The notes under the pieces: model-generated
Told to the model about the DNA's origin: nothing
What the model saw: the letters and a program-made list of their open reading frames with translations, nothing else
The model's database searches: none
In this document: positions 1 through 8,100 of the stretch, in pieces
Numbering within the stretch: position 1 is the stretch's first letter
How the letters are laid out: every line of letters begins with the position of its first letter
DNA from: a virus
Lineage: Duplodnaviria; Heunggongvirae; Uroviricota; Caudoviricetes
Virus record (IMG/VR): IMGVR_UViG_3300012943_000001
Location: 167,743-205,462 of that record
Strand: one strand, 5' to 3'
DNA: 37,720 nucleotides
Translations under genes and position numbers: made by a program

Positions 1-81
1 GTAGAATCTTGGAAGACTCAGATGACAAAATCTGGATAGAGCTTATGTATCACCTTGCACCTTTGAAGATTTTTAGCGGAG

Positions 82-537
82 TTGAGAAGATGGAAGAGAT
101 TGGATTTGACTAACATGAACAGCGAACAGCAACTACTAGACGAAATCTTCGGCACCAATAAGTATTGGAGAGGTCGCAAAGTTAAATGGTGTGATTCGTG
201 TGACGTTTGGACGGTTGGCTGTAATACATGTCAAGGTTCGACGTGCAACTCAATGCAGTGCGACAAGTGCAAAGAAGACCAAGCTACATTCCACGCTCTC
301 AAAGCGTATCCAGAAGTTCATATGACAGATGCGGAGCTTAAAGCGTTGTACAAATACAAACGTCTGAAGCAGCTTATCTACATTCTACTTACAGAGAGCG
401 TTCACACTTTAGATGCCGCAGGTTGGGAATGGCTTTACCGCTATGGTAGACTCTGCGACAACGATTGGGCGACTTTCAAACTCAAGTTCCTTCCTTATGA
501 CATCGCTGAGATGGAAGGTGAAGAGTTCTATTTTTAA
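82..537 (+). CDS. Hypothetical protein with Cys-rich (CxxC) segment
   Basis: ORF track; CDSCDVWTVGCNTCQGSTCNSMQCDKC; start codon uncertain. Confidence 0.55.
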   Translation: MRRWKRLDLTNMNSEQQLLDEIFGTNKYWRGRKVKWCDSCDVWTVGCNTCQGSTCNSMQCDKCKEDQATFHALKAYPEVHMTDAELKALYKYKRLKQLIYILLTESVHTLDAAGWEWLYRYGRLCDNDWATFKLKFLPYDIAEMEGEEFYF

Positions 538-542
538 TTTTC

Positions 543-618
543 GGGTATGTATTTCATCGGTTAGACGGTCTCATTGACATTGAGAAGGTAGCAGGTTCGA
601 TTCCTGCCATGCCCACCA
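543..618 (+). tRNA. tRNA-Val(GAC)
   Basis: Acceptor GGGTATG/CATGCCC, anticodon arm TCTCA-TTGACAT-TGAGA, T-loop TTCGATT, encoded CCA. Confidence 0.95.
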
Positions 619-666
619 AATTTAGTTCTTGACAAGGTTCAAGGCGTCTGTATCGTGGTTCTCGTT

Positions 667-1074
667 ATGCGAGATTCCCAACGACAAAAACTCTATGACG
701 CAGAAATCCTAGCGTTACAAGTCAAACCGGCTCCATACTCCGAAAGAAGTTGGAAGAACAGGCAAGCCCGCCACTTCAATCATATCAAAGTTCGCCTCCA
801 AGAACGATATAATCAAGTGCAGGTCTCAGGAAATCAACTCCGTGAGATTCGCCATGATATTGAAAGCGGCTTACTCTTCTGCTATGGAAAGTTTTTCGAG
901 AAGAATCGTAAGTTCGACAGTTGGTATCGAGCCTTCTTGAATGCGGCTGAAGTGATAGTCATCTTCAACGAGGGAGTCATAAAGACCGTGTTCCCCATCG
1001 AAGCCAAGACGCGGGTTACGCGGGCACTAAAGGAAGAGTACGGCCTAGAGAAAGCACTGAGAATTTTAATTTAG
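667..1074 (+). CDS. Hypothetical protein
   Basis: ORF track 655..1074; ATG 667 follows promoter TTGACA(629)-N16-TATCGT. Confidence 0.65.
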   Translation: MRDSQRQKLYDAEILALQVKPAPYSERSWKNRQARHFNHIKVRLQERYNQVQVSGNQLREIRHDIESGLLFCYGKFFEKNRKFDSWYRAFLNAAEVIVIFNEGVIKTVFPIEAKTRVTRALKEEYGLEKALRILI

Positions 1075-1109
1075 CTTGACGAATCAGAAAATTCGTTAAC
1101 AATGGTTTT

Positions 1110-1186
1110 TGCAGAGTAGAGCAATCCGGTAGCTCGTCACGCTCATAACGTGGAGGTTTCAGGTTCAAATCCTGACTCTGCACCCA
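1110..1186 (+). tRNA. tRNA with CAT anticodon (Met or Ile2)
   Basis: Acceptor TGCAGAG/CTCTGCA, anticodon arm TCACG-CTCATAA-CGTGG, T-loop TTCAAAT, CCA. Confidence 0.9.
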
Positions 1187-1192
1187 ATTTAT

Positions 1193-1387
1193 ATGTTCGA
1201 CAAAGAAGAAATTCAAGAAATGATAGAGCAAAAGGCCAACGCAAATGAGGTCTTTTTGAAGCATCCGACTCTTATTGAGAGTACGGCTAAAATCGACAGA
1301 AGACTTTATCAAGAATTGATGGCGACAGGGTTCAATGCGGACCAAGCCCTCATACTTGTCGCCGCTCATATCCAAGCGTCGAAATAA
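1193..1387 (+). CDS. Small hypothetical protein
   Basis: ATG right after the tRNA; co-oriented ORF. Confidence 0.65.
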   Translation: MFDKEEIQEMIEQKANANEVFLKHPTLIESTAKIDRRLYQELMATGFNADQALILVAAHIQASK

Positions 1388-1507
1388 TTTAGGTGAGTGA
1401 GAGACGGGCTAGCACCGACTCATTCTACTCTAAGACTCGCCCACTCGCACGTAATTAATGCGGGTTCGGTTCAAGGGACAGGAAGATACTCGTGAGTCTT
1501 CCACTAT

Positions 1508-1584
1508 GGTAGCGTAGCACAACTGGTTGGTGCAGCACCCTCATAAGGTGAAGGTTGAGGGTTCAAGTCCCTCCGCTACTTCCA
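1508..1584 (+). tRNA. tRNA with CAT anticodon (Met or Ile2)
   Basis: Acceptor GGTAGCG/CGCTACT, anticodon arm GCACC-CTCATAA-GGTGA, T-loop TTCAAGT, CCA. Confidence 0.9.
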
Positions 1585-1703
1585 ATTTTCTGAGAATTGT
1601 TAATAAAATGTAGGGGTTACCCCTAATGCAAGTAAAATGCCAATTTTTGGCTTTACTTTTGGAAAAAGGAGTAGATAATGATGGTCGTTAAATAAAAACA
1701 ACT

Positions 1704-2354
1704 ATGATTATCAAAGCCCTCTCCTCCAAAAACGTAGCGTTCGGTTCCGGCAGCTCTTCTGCCCGCAATTCGGACTTTTTCCTCTCCTCTGTTGACTACT
1801 CCTTCGTTGGACGTGTCCAAGGAGCTTCGGTCACCAAGCTTGTTACCGCTATCAGCGACACGTACGTAGTCGCGGCAAAGCATTATAAAGTCGTCGTAGG
1901 CGACGTAATCGCTTTCGTCAACAAGCTCAACGAAGCGGTCTACGTTAAGGTTGCTCGCATTGTCCGTGCGACAGGCGACGTTCAGGTTGTCGAAGTTGAC
2001 CAGAGCCTTTCCAGCCTCGGCATTTCCTATGCCGAAGTCACGGAAATCAATCCGGGCATCATCTCCCAATTCCTGAACAAGCTCGGCCTCTTCCGCAAGC
2101 AGGCTGTGGCTTTCGGCGTCAATCTCGCCACTAACGAGGTCACCGCAGCAAATGCGACGGTTTACTCTTTAGTGCGTGCAAATCCCGCAAACATCGCCAA
2201 CTTCCGCCAAGGCACTGACGGTGTTACGCTCCAGCCGGGAGATAGCGGAGCACCAGACTTCATTCTCGAAAACGGCAAGCTCAAGCTCGTTGGCGTCCAT
2301 TCTGCTATCAATGCCGCAGCGTGGATTACGTCCTCAGCTTATTGGGCCGTCTAA
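1704..2354 (+). CDS. Trypsin-like serine protease domain protein
   Basis: His motif VVAAKHY, Asp in TGDVQVVEV, catalytic Ser motif LQPGDSGAP, followed by LVGVHS. Confidence 0.75.
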   Translation: MIIKALSSKNVAFGSGSSSARNSDFFLSSVDYSFVGRVQGASVTKLVTAISDTYVVAAKHYKVVVGDVIAFVNKLNEAVYVKVARIVRATGDVQVVEVDQSLSSLGISYAEVTEINPGIISQFLNKLGLFRKQAVAFGVNLATNEVTAANATVYSLVRANPANIANFRQGTDGVTLQPGDSGAPDFILENGKLKLVGVHSAINAAAWITSSAYWAV

Positions 2355-2391
2355 TCCAAACAATTTTCCTCAAAAATAGGAATACTAAAAC

Positions 2392-3159
2392 ATGAAAACG
2401 TTCAAACTGCTAACTATCGCGGGCCTCTTCTTGGCGTCGCTTGCTGTTGCTTCGGCCCAGCTTATCACCACCACGGTCGCCACATCCGCCGCGAACATCA
2501 GTCTCCATAACGAGAGTCCGCATGTTCTCAATACGGGTGCGTTGCATCTCGGTTCGGAGTTCGTTTCTTCTACGGACATCGGAGTAGTCTTTGACTCTCC
2601 AATCCCGTTCAAGCACGCTCAGTACCTTGCCGCAGCCTCCGACCCGTCCGCACTTCTCTGGACGAAGACAAACGACGCTCCACTCATTTCCCTGTCACAG
2701 GGTTACGCAGTAGATGTCACGTTCCTTCGCGGTGTCGGTGCGACGCTCTTTAACACCTTCGGCGTGAAGTATACTGACGAGGACAACCACGTTGGTAACA
2801 AAAATCTCTTTACGTCATACAACGCTTCTACAAACCTGAAGACGATTCGTCTCACGTCCAATGAAGATTTGAGCCTCGACTTTTGGGGTTTCAATTTGAA
2901 TATCGGTAAAGAATATCTCGACACCTCGTACTTCGATGTCTACACCGCGTTCGACTTCACGACCTTCTCAACACACTACATCGTCGGTGCAAACAACCTC
3001 CTCTCTGAGCAGGGTTATTGTTTCGGTGACGGTTTGTTCGAGATTACGGTCTACGGCGAGCCAATCAATCCTCCAAATCCAGTACCAGAACCGTCCACGT
3101 ACGGCCTGATTGGTGCGGCGGTCCTTTTGGGTGCAGTTGCGTATCGTCGTAAGAAATAA
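2392..3159 (+). CDS. PEP-CTERM sorting domain surface protein
   Basis: N-terminal signal peptide MKTFKLLTIAGLFLASLAVASA; C-terminus VPEPSTYGLIGAAVLLGAVAYRRKK (VPEP, TM helix, basic tail). Confidence 0.93.
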   Translation: MKTFKLLTIAGLFLASLAVASAQLITTTVATSAANISLHNESPHVLNTGALHLGSEFVSSTDIGVVFDSPIPFKHAQYLAAASDPSALLWTKTNDAPLISLSQGYAVDVTFLRGVGATLFNTFGVKYTDEDNHVGNKNLFTSYNASTNLKTIRLTSNEDLSLDFWGFNLNIGKEYLDTSYFDVYTAFDFTTFSTHYIVGANNLLSEQGYCFGDGLFEITVYGEPINPPNPVPEPSTYGLIGAAVLLGAVAYRRKK

Positions 3160-3187
3160 GCTTTGATATAGTTGTAAGTAACCAATA

Positions 3188-3216
3188 GTGGGGTCATGCA
3201 AATGGCCCCACTTTTT
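3188..3216 (+). terminator. Intrinsic terminator
   Basis: GTGGGGTCAT-GCAA-ATGGCCCCAC followed by TTTTT. Confidence 0.85.
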
Positions 3217-3228
3217 ATTACCCTCGTT

Positions 3229-3819
3229 ATGCGTAACACAATTAAAAGGACTCTAGATATCTCGGTCGCTCTACCTATGGTTGTTGGCGTTCTGCCCTTC
3301 CTTGTGGTACTCACCTACATATTTCAATCTATTCAGTCTCGCGGCCCCATCTTTTATTTTCAGAAGCGTGTGGGTAAAGACAGGCGGACTTTTACCATTC
3401 TCAAGTTCAGGTCTATGCACGTGAACGATAGCGAAGCTGTGCAAGCCACTCAGAACGATAGTAGAGTCTACGCGTTCGGCCACTTCCTTAGAAAGACCAG
3501 CCTCGACGAATTTCCTCAATTTCTTAATGTCTTGTTCGGCCATATGAGCATCAGCGGACCCCGCCCCGTCCTCGCAGAACACGACAAACAGTTTTCTAGG
3601 GTCTCGACCCGCTACATGTCGCGATACGCCGTTAAACCGGGCATAACGGGCCTTGCTCAGGCTTACGGTTTACGAGGCGAAGTGCGTTGTCCTACAGACG
3701 TACGTAGTCGTTTGGCCCATGACCTTGTGTTTGTAAAACGTTGGTCGCTCCGCATGGAACTTATGATTCTAGTGCTGACAGCTTTACAAGTGATTCGCCC
3801 CGCAAAGACCGCGTACTGA
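3229..3819 (+). CDS. Monotopic phosphoglycosyl transferase (bacterial sugar transferase, WcaJ/PglC catalytic domain)
   Basis: IKRTLDI, KFRSM, RKTSLDEFPQFLNVLFGHMSISGPRP, KPGITGLAQ; start moved to ATG 3229 because the longer ORF overlaps the terminator. Confidence 0.93.
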   Translation: MRNTIKRTLDISVALPMVVGVLPFLVVLTYIFQSIQSRGPIFYFQKRVGKDRRTFTILKFRSMHVNDSEAVQATQNDSRVYAFGHFLRKTSLDEFPQFLNVLFGHMSISGPRPVLAEHDKQFSRVSTRYMSRYAVKPGITGLAQAYGLRGEVRCPTDVRSRLAHDLVFVKRWSLRMELMILVLTALQVIRPAKTAY

Positions 3820-3901
3820 TGCAAGTAATTGTGATTTAGACCGTAGGCTCAGAATTTTCTTGTAAAAAGAAAAAATGCCGCTTTGATGGTCTGTATCGCA
3901 C

Positions 3902-4192
3902 ATGACAATTGACTATCACCTAATCGTCCAAGCCGAGAATCGAGCCACCGGAGCGGTCATCCACGACCTGAAGGGCCTACTTGGATACTACACTTTATAC
4001 ATTGGCCTCATAGAAAAAGGTCACACCAAATTCACGCCATTGGTTGAATACTTTGAAGTAGTCATCCGTCGTTTTATAAAGACGGGTAAGTTCCCAAAGG
4101 ATTGGGCGACGTGTGAAGAACGGCCAAAAATATCAGCCCGCGACTTCGTACATAAAGGTGATACGTGCTTGCTTACGAGTGGGAACTCCTGA
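3902..4192 (+). CDS. Hypothetical protein
   Basis: ORF track; no recognised motif. Confidence 0.6.
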   Translation: MTIDYHLIVQAENRATGAVIHDLKGLLGYYTLYIGLIEKGHTKFTPLVEYFEVVIRRFIKTGKFPKDWATCEERPKISARDFVHKGDTCLLTSGNS

Positions 4193-4333
4193 GCGTGGAA
4201 AATTGTTTGCAATATTCGTTGCGGTATTTTTCCATTTTCATTTTCATCTGTGTAAATATACATAGTCCGATATTCCACTAACCAAGCTCTTAAGCATAGA
4301 GATATTTCATATCCTATACCACTATAAAAGAGC

Positions 4334-4428
4334 GAGGGGAGAGTAAGTGGATAAGCGGGCTCCAGTCATTGTAATAATCTCTCCCCTCTTATGGGCTAAT
4401 CGGGTTCATCCCCGGTTAGCTCACCTTT
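4334..4428 (+). other. Two-hairpin structured intergenic element / terminator
   Basis: GAGGGGAGAG(4334-4343)/CTCTCCCCTC(4379-4388); GGGCTAATCGGG/CCCGGTTAGCTC(4393-4422), then a short T run. Confidence 0.5.
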
Positions 4429-4467
4429 TACTTGACAATTCGGACATTTGCACCATAATAAGGTAGC

Positions 4468-4707
4468 ATGAAGCAGAAGAATATAGTCAAAACTTACCGT
4501 AATGGGCAGAGCGTGTTTCTCCTGCCATGCATCGTATTCTTGTCCAAGAATATCCTCGGTACGGAGCATTACGTGAGAGAGCAGAGAGTTGGCTTCAAAG
4601 ATGACAAAATCGTCTTCAAAAGCAAGACGGAACAAGAGGCGGTCGAAGCGTATAACGCAACTGTCTCAGCGACATACTTTGCAAAAGCAAAAAATTATCT
4701 AGCTTAA
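4468..4707 (+). CDS. Hypothetical protein
   Basis: ORF behind promoter TTGACA(4432)-N16-CATAAT. Confidence 0.65.
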   Translation: MKQKNIVKTYRNGQSVFLLPCIVFLSKNILGTEHYVREQRVGFKDDKIVFKSKTEQEAVEAYNATVSATYFAKAKNYLA

Positions 4708-4710
4708 GCC

Positions 4711-5196
4711 GTGGATACTACACTCAAAAAGATTGACGCCCTTTTTCGTCATATCGAGGGTGTGCAGAGCAATTGTCGCATCCTTGGGGAGAGGCTAATT
4801 GAATTGGGACGTACAGATTTGGGCGTTCAACTTATTAGAAACGCACTTATTCACGACCAAAGTAAGTTTAGCGGTATTGAGTGGGACAATCTTTCTAATG
4901 AAGTGGAGACTGCCGAGTCTAAACTTCTTCTTCAAGAAGCGATTTCACATCATAACCGCACCAATCCGCACCACCCTGAATTCTGGGGAGGTATTAAAAA
5001 TATGCCTCCAGTCTACATAGCGGAGATGGTTTGCGATTGGAAGGCTCGCTCAAGTGAGTTCGGGACTTCATTGCAGGAATGGATTGACGAGTCAGCTACC
5101 GTGCGTTTCGCGTTCACGAAGCGGGACAAAATCTACAAGGACATCAAAGCGTTCTTATCGCTCTTATTAGAGAAACCATTTAAGCCAGTGACGTAA
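4711..5196 (+). CDS. HD-superfamily protein (DUF5662-like)
   Basis: IHDQSKF, HHNRTNPHHPEFW, EMVCDWKARS motifs; GTG start. Confidence 0.8.
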   Translation: MDTTLKKIDALFRHIEGVQSNCRILGERLIELGRTDLGVQLIRNALIHDQSKFSGIEWDNLSNEVETAESKLLLQEAISHHNRTNPHHPEFWGGIKNMPPVYIAEMVCDWKARSSEFGTSLQEWIDESATVRFAFTKRDKIYKDIKAFLSLLLEKPFKPVT

Positions 5197-5204
5197 CAGT
5201 TTTT

Positions 5205-5281
5205 GGATACGTAGCCCAACTGGCAGAGGCAGCAGACTTAAAATCTGTTCAGTGTGGGTTCGAATCCCATCGTATCTACCA
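5205..5281 (+). tRNA. tRNA-Leu(TAA) with short variable arm
   Basis: Acceptor GGATACG/CGTATCT, anticodon arm GCAGA-CTTAAAA-TCTGT, 5-nt variable loop, T-loop TTCGAAT, CCA. Confidence 0.92.
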
Positions 5282-5284
5282 TTT

Positions 5285-5554
5285 ATGACAATCAAACCAG
5301 TAGGAAATAGAGTGTTAGTCAGTCAGGTCGAAGAGACCGAAAAACAAGTTGGTGGCCTTTTCGTACCATCTTCCGCTCAGAACTCAGGTACATTGCGTGC
5401 AAACGTCGTTGCCGTAGGTAATAAAGACATTCCAGAAGACATCGTAGTAGGTGCAATTGTACTTGTGCCATATCTTGCCAGCCCAATCGTCATGGACGGC
5501 AAGAAGGTTTATATTATGAGCGTCGAAGATATTATTGGCGTCGTATCGGAATGA
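5285..5554 (+). CDS. groES: Co-chaperonin GroES (Cpn10)
   Basis: IKPVGNRVLV, GGLFVP, VVAVG, EDIIGVV; ATG 5285 directly after the tRNA. Confidence 0.9.
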   Translation: MTIKPVGNRVLVSQVEETEKQVGGLFVPSSAQNSGTLRANVVAVGNKDIPEDIVVGAIVLVPYLASPIVMDGKKVYIMSVEDIIGVVSE

Positions 5555-5769
5555 GAGAGACTAGAGAGCAGACCCAGAAGCGTCTCAACAAGTTCTTTGA
5601 GAGGCGAAGCCCCAGCTTCCACGTAAGGGTAGCTATGGGTGTTCGTCAGTTTAAGGGTAGGTTCTGTTATGTAAATTGCGACTGCCACTTCCGCCCTAAA
5701 AAGGGTTGGCTTGGAGGCTATGAAGAATATCGAGTTCGGCTTTCAAAAGAAGGTATATTTATCGTATGA
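5551..5769 (+). CDS. Hypothetical protein
   Basis: ATGA-coupled to groES. Confidence 0.6.
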   Translation: MRETREQTQKRLNKFFERRSPSFHVRVAMGVRQFKGRFCYVNCDCHFRPKKGWLGGYEEYRVRLSKEGIFIV

Positions 5770-6215
5770 AAGTTCTTGTCACAGGTCATCGTAAGTTCAA
5801 ACTAGAGAACTACGATTGTGGCTGGATTAGACTCGCTCTACAGCAAGCTATCTACGACCTCAAGCAGAAGCACGGCGGCTTTCTAGGCTATGCAGGAATG
5901 GCCTCTGGCGTTGATTTATGGTTCTGTGCTGAGTGCGAGAATCAGGACGTATCGTTTGTCGCCTGTATTCCTTTCGAGGAGCAGGCAGAAACTATGGATA
6001 AAGAAGACGCGGAGATGCGTGAGCACTGGATTGGGGCCGCAGGCTTCGTTAAGCACGTAAAGAATTCATGGATGGTCGAAGAGTGCGATATGGGAATTGT
6101 CGTTTGGGATGGAAACAAAGGCGGCACTCACAACGTAGTCCAACAGCTTATTGAGAAGAAAAAATCCTTCATTTGGATTAACCCGGTCGCTCAGAAAGTT
6201 TGGGATTGTTCTTGA
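5766..6215 (+). CDS. SLOG/YspA-like (DUF1273) nucleotide-binding protein
   Basis: VTGHR, GMASGVDLW, VACIPF, VVWDGNKGGTHNVV. Confidence 0.8.
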   Translation: MKVLVTGHRKFKLENYDCGWIRLALQQAIYDLKQKHGGFLGYAGMASGVDLWFCAECENQDVSFVACIPFEEQAETMDKEDAEMREHWIGAAGFVKHVKNSWMVEECDMGIVVWDGNKGGTHNVVQQLIEKKKSFIWINPVAQKVWDCS

Positions 6216-6245
6216 CAGTTGTTAGAAGAGTCTTACTCTGGCGTC

Positions 6246-6482
6246 ATGATTCTCTCTCTTGTCCAAATTCAAATCAGCAACGTCCTCGAAACTCCCACAG
6301 CTCGTCAAGCGTTCAACAGCATTCAAGCGGTCTTGGAAGCGTCCGACCTGAAGCTTGAAAGTCTCAGGCGGCAACAACCAGAAGGTACGAATCTGAACGC
6401 TTTGGCTCTCGTCTCCTCGCCACTCAAACATCCATTCGAAATCCTTAAGGGCGACGTTTCCATTCGGTCGATTCCGTACTGA
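6246..6482 (+). CDS. Hypothetical protein
   Basis: ORF track 6219..6482; ATG 6246 preferred. Confidence 0.55.
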   Translation: MILSLVQIQISNVLETPTARQAFNSIQAVLEASDLKLESLRRQQPEGTNLNALALVSSPLKHPFEILKGDVSIRSIPY

Positions 6483-6522
6483 TTCGCCTTGACTTTCCCG
6501 ACAGGACGGAGAAAATATCCCG

Positions 6523-7128
6523 ATGCTTACAAGATATTTCGGCCCCACTCCCTACTCAGTTTTCGGCTCTCTAGGCGGCACACGAGATGACAAGTACGTT
6601 ATTTTTGGCGTTGACAATAAACTTTACGCCTATCATCTTGTAGGTGGAAGTATTAAGTGCCTTACTCATTGGAAAGAGGCGGAAGTCGCAAAGACGCTCA
6701 AAAACCAACTCTGGCACCAATTCACTGTAGCTGAGTTGGAAACGTTTATTCCCGGACAAATTGTAGGTGTAGAAATTGCGGGCGTCAAGTCGTTCTTCGA
6801 AAGCTCGCCGAACGCGAAATTTTTAATTGACAAGCCTACCGTCGATGGTCAAGGCTTCATCAAAGTCAAATCCAAACAAAAAACTAAAATGGCAGTCATC
6901 GGTCAACAACCAGTATCCCAAAACGTCGTGGACACAACTCCACGCACAGTCACCAGAGGTCAGCTCTACTATAATCTCGCAGAGAAGCAGGTTCAGCGTA
7001 TCATCGAAATCCAAGGTCACCTTTATTGGGCGTCCTATCACAAACAAGCAGCAAAGCCATACGGCATCAAATCTTTCCGCAAGGCAACAAAGGCTGAGGT
7101 AGATTCCTATCTCGCTAACGCCAACTAA
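6523..7128 (+). CDS. Hypothetical protein
   Basis: ORF with ATG 34 nt from TTGACT(6489). Confidence 0.7.
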   Translation: MLTRYFGPTPYSVFGSLGGTRDDKYVIFGVDNKLYAYHLVGGSIKCLTHWKEAEVAKTLKNQLWHQFTVAELETFIPGQIVGVEIAGVKSFFESSPNAKFLIDKPTVDGQGFIKVKSKQKTKMAVIGQQPVSQNVVDTTPRTVTRGQLYYNLAEKQVQRIIEIQGHLYWASYHKQAAKPYGIKSFRKATKAEVDSYLANAN

Positions 7129-7426
7129 TTTTCAAAAGCACGTCTACGCTGCCATAGGTAGGGAAGTCTCTGTTCGGTTAAGTCCGGCCCTGAGTCCTAT
7201 GGTAGAGGAAGTTCGCCGCTTCTTAACACGCCGCAGGCAGACCTAGTAACTGGGAAACCAGCAGAACAGTCGTTATGACCTCATGGAAGAAGCAACCCTA
7301 AAGTTCCTAGAGTGAGTGTTACTCGACAATGGTAAGGTTGGGGCAGTTTGCTATTAACACGCAACCAGACGCAAGTCTGAGACAAATGTAGACCTAATAC
7401 AGAACGGCGGCTATTACTTTTGAAAA
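7129..7426 (+). ncRNA. rnpB: RNase P RNA (reduced specificity domain)
   Basis: P1 TTTTCAAAAG/CTTTTGAAAA; P2 GTCTAC/GTAGAC; P3 CTGCCATAGG/CCTATGGTAG; CR-I GAGGAAGTTCGCC; P4 AGT(T)CGCC/GGCGGCT with bulged U; P5 GCTTCTT/AAGAAGC; L15 GGTA; CR-IV AGACAAATG; CR-V ATACAGAAC..GGCTA. Confidence 0.85.
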
Positions 7427-7806
7427 CTCAACTCTCCCGAGTGTATGCCCCTGTGGCAATTTGCACAGAGGAGAGTTGTTTTATCTAGCTCTTTCTTGAT
7501 ACGTTCGAACGAATGATTTTTCGCCATAGCGATAGCAATCGAATTTTCCTTGACTTCTGGGTCAAGATGGTGAAACTCTAAAGCAGATAGAAATTTATTG
7601 AATCCGCAGCACTGGCAAGCTCCACCTTTATAAGCGACCGCTTTTACTTTCATTTCCCTACGTTTCTTCTGAAGTCGCTCACGTCGATTATTCAGTACGG
7701 ACGCTCCGCAATAGTAAGCTATCGTTCCACGATTAACTCCCGTCTTTTTCTCAATCTCTCTGTAACTTAAACCCTCTGACCTAAGCTTCAATAGTATGTC
7801 TTTCAT
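7414..7806 (-). CDS. HNH endonuclease with N-terminal HTH
   Basis: GLSYREIEKKTGVNRGTIAYY HTH; GGACQCCGF, LEFHHLDP, LLCANCHRGIH; ATG at 7806. Confidence 0.9.
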   Translation of the reverse strand: MKDILLKLRSEGLSYREIEKKTGVNRGTIAYYCGASVLNNRRERLQKKRREMKVKAVAYKGGACQCCGFNKFLSALEFHHLDPEVKENSIAIAMAKNHSFERIKKELDKTTLLCANCHRGIHSGELSFQK

Positions 7807-7833
7807 ACTTTGATTTACACAGGTTGGACTTTT

Positions 7834-8100
7834 ATGGGAACACAACCATACAACCTCGCAGAAAATAAAAGAGTGGCGAACGCGGCAGTTCTTGCGTTCC
7901 TCCAAGCGAATCCTTCATGGGTTTTCGCAGGCTATGTATTAGTCGATACTGATACAGCTAACATGCGAATCTTTGCGGATGGTAAAGAGCGTATGCTTAT
8001 TACGCCCGAGCGTAATGAGTTGATGGACCCGAAGCTTCCATGCTTCCAAGTCAATATGGACAATCTCAGGAAACAGATGGAGCAGAGCGGACACGACTAA
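7834..8100 (+). CDS. Hypothetical protein
   Basis: ORF track 7810..8100; ATG 7834 preferred. Confidence 0.6.
   Translation: MGTQPYNLAENKRVANAAVLAFLQANPSWVFAGYVLVDTDTANMRIFADGKERMLITPERNELMDPKLPCFQVNMDNLRKQMEQSGHD

Noticed and set aside
5252-5284. N-terminal extension of GroES in the ORF track
   Set aside because: Overlaps the tRNA-Leu gene; ATG 5285 gives a normal GroES start
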